Notes under the pieces: model-generated | Seen by the model: only the letters and a program-made list of their open reading frames with translations | What the model was told of the DNA's origin: nothing | Database searches by the model: none | NCBI GenBank assembly: GCA_963773585.1 | Contig: CAVZBR010000004.1 | Coordinates: 931,134 to 995,133 of the forward strand | Length of the DNA: 64,000 bases | Source: an uncultured Gammaproteobacteria bacterium | GTDB taxonomy: Bacteria > Pseudomonadota > Gammaproteobacteria > JASBUN01 | Reading direction: 5' to 3' | Position numbers and translations under genes: made by a program | In this document: piece after piece, positions 62,318 to 64,000 of the stretch | Layout of the letters: the number at the start of each line of letters is the position of its first letter | Position numbering within the stretch: position 1 is the first letter of the stretch

Positions 62318-63226
62318 ATGGACCGTTCAACCCTGATAATTGCGCTAGCGTTTGTGTTGCTGTGGAACTCCGGTTTTATTGGAGCTGAATACGGCTTGCC
62401 CTACGCAGGGCCATTTACCTTGTTGTTCTGGCGCTATCTGCCGCTAACGCTGCTACTCTTCATTTACTTGCTCGTGCTGAGGCGTTTCCGCTGGACGGGG
62501 TGGTCGGTGGCCGCGCCCCACATGCTGGTCGGTGCGCTGGCGCACGCCGTTTGGCTCGGGTGTGCGTTGCTGGCGTTGGACAACAACGTCCCCGCGGGCA
62601 TCGTGGCGCTTGTGGTTGCCTTGCAGCCCCTGGCAACAGGAGCGTTTTCAGGATTGGCAACGGGCGAGTCGACTCCTCTGCACCGATGGCTCGGATTGAC
62701 AATTGGCTTCATCGGTGTCGCCATCGCTGTGCTTGGCCGCATTGATTTTTCAGACGCCGATTCCGTATTCGGGTACCTGATTCCGTTGGGCTCGGTAGTG
62801 GCCATAACGGTAGCCAGTCTGGTCCAGCGGCGGATGGAACTCAAAGGTAGTGCAACACAAATCCGGTTGGATCTTGCGCTTTTCTATCAGAGCCTTGCTG
62901 CCACGATCGTTCTTGCGTTCCCAGCGCTCCTAGCGGAAAGACTCGCGGTGCAATGGGCTCCGGAATTCATCTACGCCATGATCTGGCTTACTTTGGCAGT
63001 TTCCCTCGGCGCCTACGCGCTCATGTGGATGCTTATTAAGCGCATGGATGCAACGCGAGTAGCCAGTCTGTTCTACCTGGGCCCTCCCGTGACCATGTTC
63101 ATGGCCTGGATAGCGTTTGGCGATGAACTGCAAACAATGGATGTAGTCGGACTACTGGTCGTTTTGACCGGGGTATTGCTTACGCACCGGAACAAAAAGG
63201 AAATGGATGAGGGGGCGGAGGAATAA
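62318..63226 (+). CDS. DMT-superfamily (EamA-like) transporter
   Basis: Ten predicted TM helices and a duplicated EamA-like architecture, 302 aa. Confidence 0.75.
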   Translation: MDRSTLIIALAFVLLWNSGFIGAEYGLPYAGPFTLLFWRYLPLTLLLFIYLLVLRRFRWTGWSVAAPHMLVGALAHAVWLGCALLALDNNVPAGIVALVVALQPLATGAFSGLATGESTPLHRWLGLTIGFIGVAIAVLGRIDFSDADSVFGYLIPLGSVVAITVASLVQRRMELKGSATQIRLDLALFYQSLAATIVLAFPALLAERLAVQWAPEFIYAMIWLTLAVSLGAYALMWMLIKRMDATRVASLFYLGPPVTMFMAWIAFGDELQTMDVVGLLVVLTGVLLTHRNKKEMDEGAEE

Positions 63227-64000
63227 AGTTCCACACGGCCTGCGGCTGCACGGAGTGTTAATCCTTCCATTTCCTTTCCCCGATTCAGAAACCCGATCGG
63301 ACGATCTATCACCTACTCGATCGGACGCTCGGCGCGACAATCGTGTGTCCGAGCGATTGTGCGCACGACCTGCTAGTCACCAGCACGCGGTTGCCCCGTC
63401 GCGCCACGGAGCCCACAGATCGCCGCGCTACCGCGGCAGCGAACGGACGAATCCGGCAGCTGCCCCGGCTGACCAGCTAACCGGTACGACGGACAGCAGG
63501 CTTGTATCGCCGGCTGTTACCATCAGGATCGGGCGTAGCCCTGTGCGCAAGCCAATAAATCTCATCGTACACCGCACGTAATTCCGGATCAGCGGGAGGA
63601 TCGTAGAGCGACGCAGTAGTCGGCATCGCGTCGCTGTCGCGCAATGCCTTGCGGACGGTGCTCTCCAACGAATCATTTGCTTTTTCGGGCACGGCGAACT
63701 CCTGTTCGGCGGCTAGAGGATGGCCGGAATGGCGACAAACGCGCAAACGCCTTCCGGCCGAGTGGAAAGTATTGGCTCCAACACGTAACGGAGTTGTGAA
63801 CCGTTTCACGCTTTTCGCCAGGCTATAAATAGTGGGGTGTAGCCGGCTGACTACAGCGTCCGCTACACACCGGCATGAGGGCGCCAGATGCAGGAGCGGC
63901 CGTAAGCAGATGTTGGACTAAATGAGCGGAAATGACTCACGGCGGAGCATCGTGAGGGAGGGAAAGAATGCCGACCCTAAGCAGACAAGGTCACGTCACG

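Noticed and set aside
63207-63809. ORFs 63207-63581 (+) and 63477-63809 (-) near the window end
   Set aside because: They overlap each other, have a biased Arg/Pro-rich composition and no recognisable domain. They were left unannotated, not called.

Overview
This window comes from a GC-rich (~63-65%) proteobacterial chromosome and falls into three parts.

LPS core block (1-18.8 kb): glycosyltransferases of families 4, 2 and 9, an O-antigen-ligase-family protein, an LpxL-family lipid A acyltransferase, hldE and waaA, followed by hemerythrin, tolC, a rhodanese and pcm. All of these read as intact genes. Three tandem arrays of composite REP units punctuate the block.

thiC locus (19.5-21.8 kb): a well-conserved TPP riboswitch sits in front of thiC, but thiC is broken by at least three, probably five, 1-bp indels. 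A second, divergent thiC 3'-end remnant follows it.

Accessory region (21.8-39.8 kb): this part is highly mosaic and degraded. It carries:
- a HipA-like kinase gene with an in-frame TGA, followed by a conserved partner gene;
- two RAYT (REP-associated tyrosine transposase) paralogs, each with its own REP family (REP1 'AATCGGGGACAGACCACGG', REP2 'GGGGTCAGATCCCAATT');
- a ~114-bp MITE/REPIN-like family (TIR GGGGTCGGAACACA) that has inserted into genes, with solo ends elsewhere;
- AT-rich palindromic mini-elements;
- fragments of IS3, IS21 (IstB), thioredoxin reductase and a DUF2971 gene;
- a HigB/HigA-like toxin-antitoxin pair;
- segmental duplications, including cold-shock-domain/DUF1294 paralogs;
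- two PEP-CTERM proteins, with a third at 58.9 kb.

Remaining 39.8-64 kb: htpX with a sigma-32-like promoter, a classical autotransporter, a PAS-GGDEF gene interrupted by one TAA, universal stress proteins, a ClC channel, a 1737-aa DUF4347/Ig-like/TIG/FN3 autotransporter adhesin with internal tandem repeats, a bacterial TopIB next to a SAM methyltransferase, a periplasmic binding protein and an EamA/DMT transporter.

No tRNA, rRNA or CRISPR array was found. All identifications come from reading the sequence and the ORF translations; no database searches were run.
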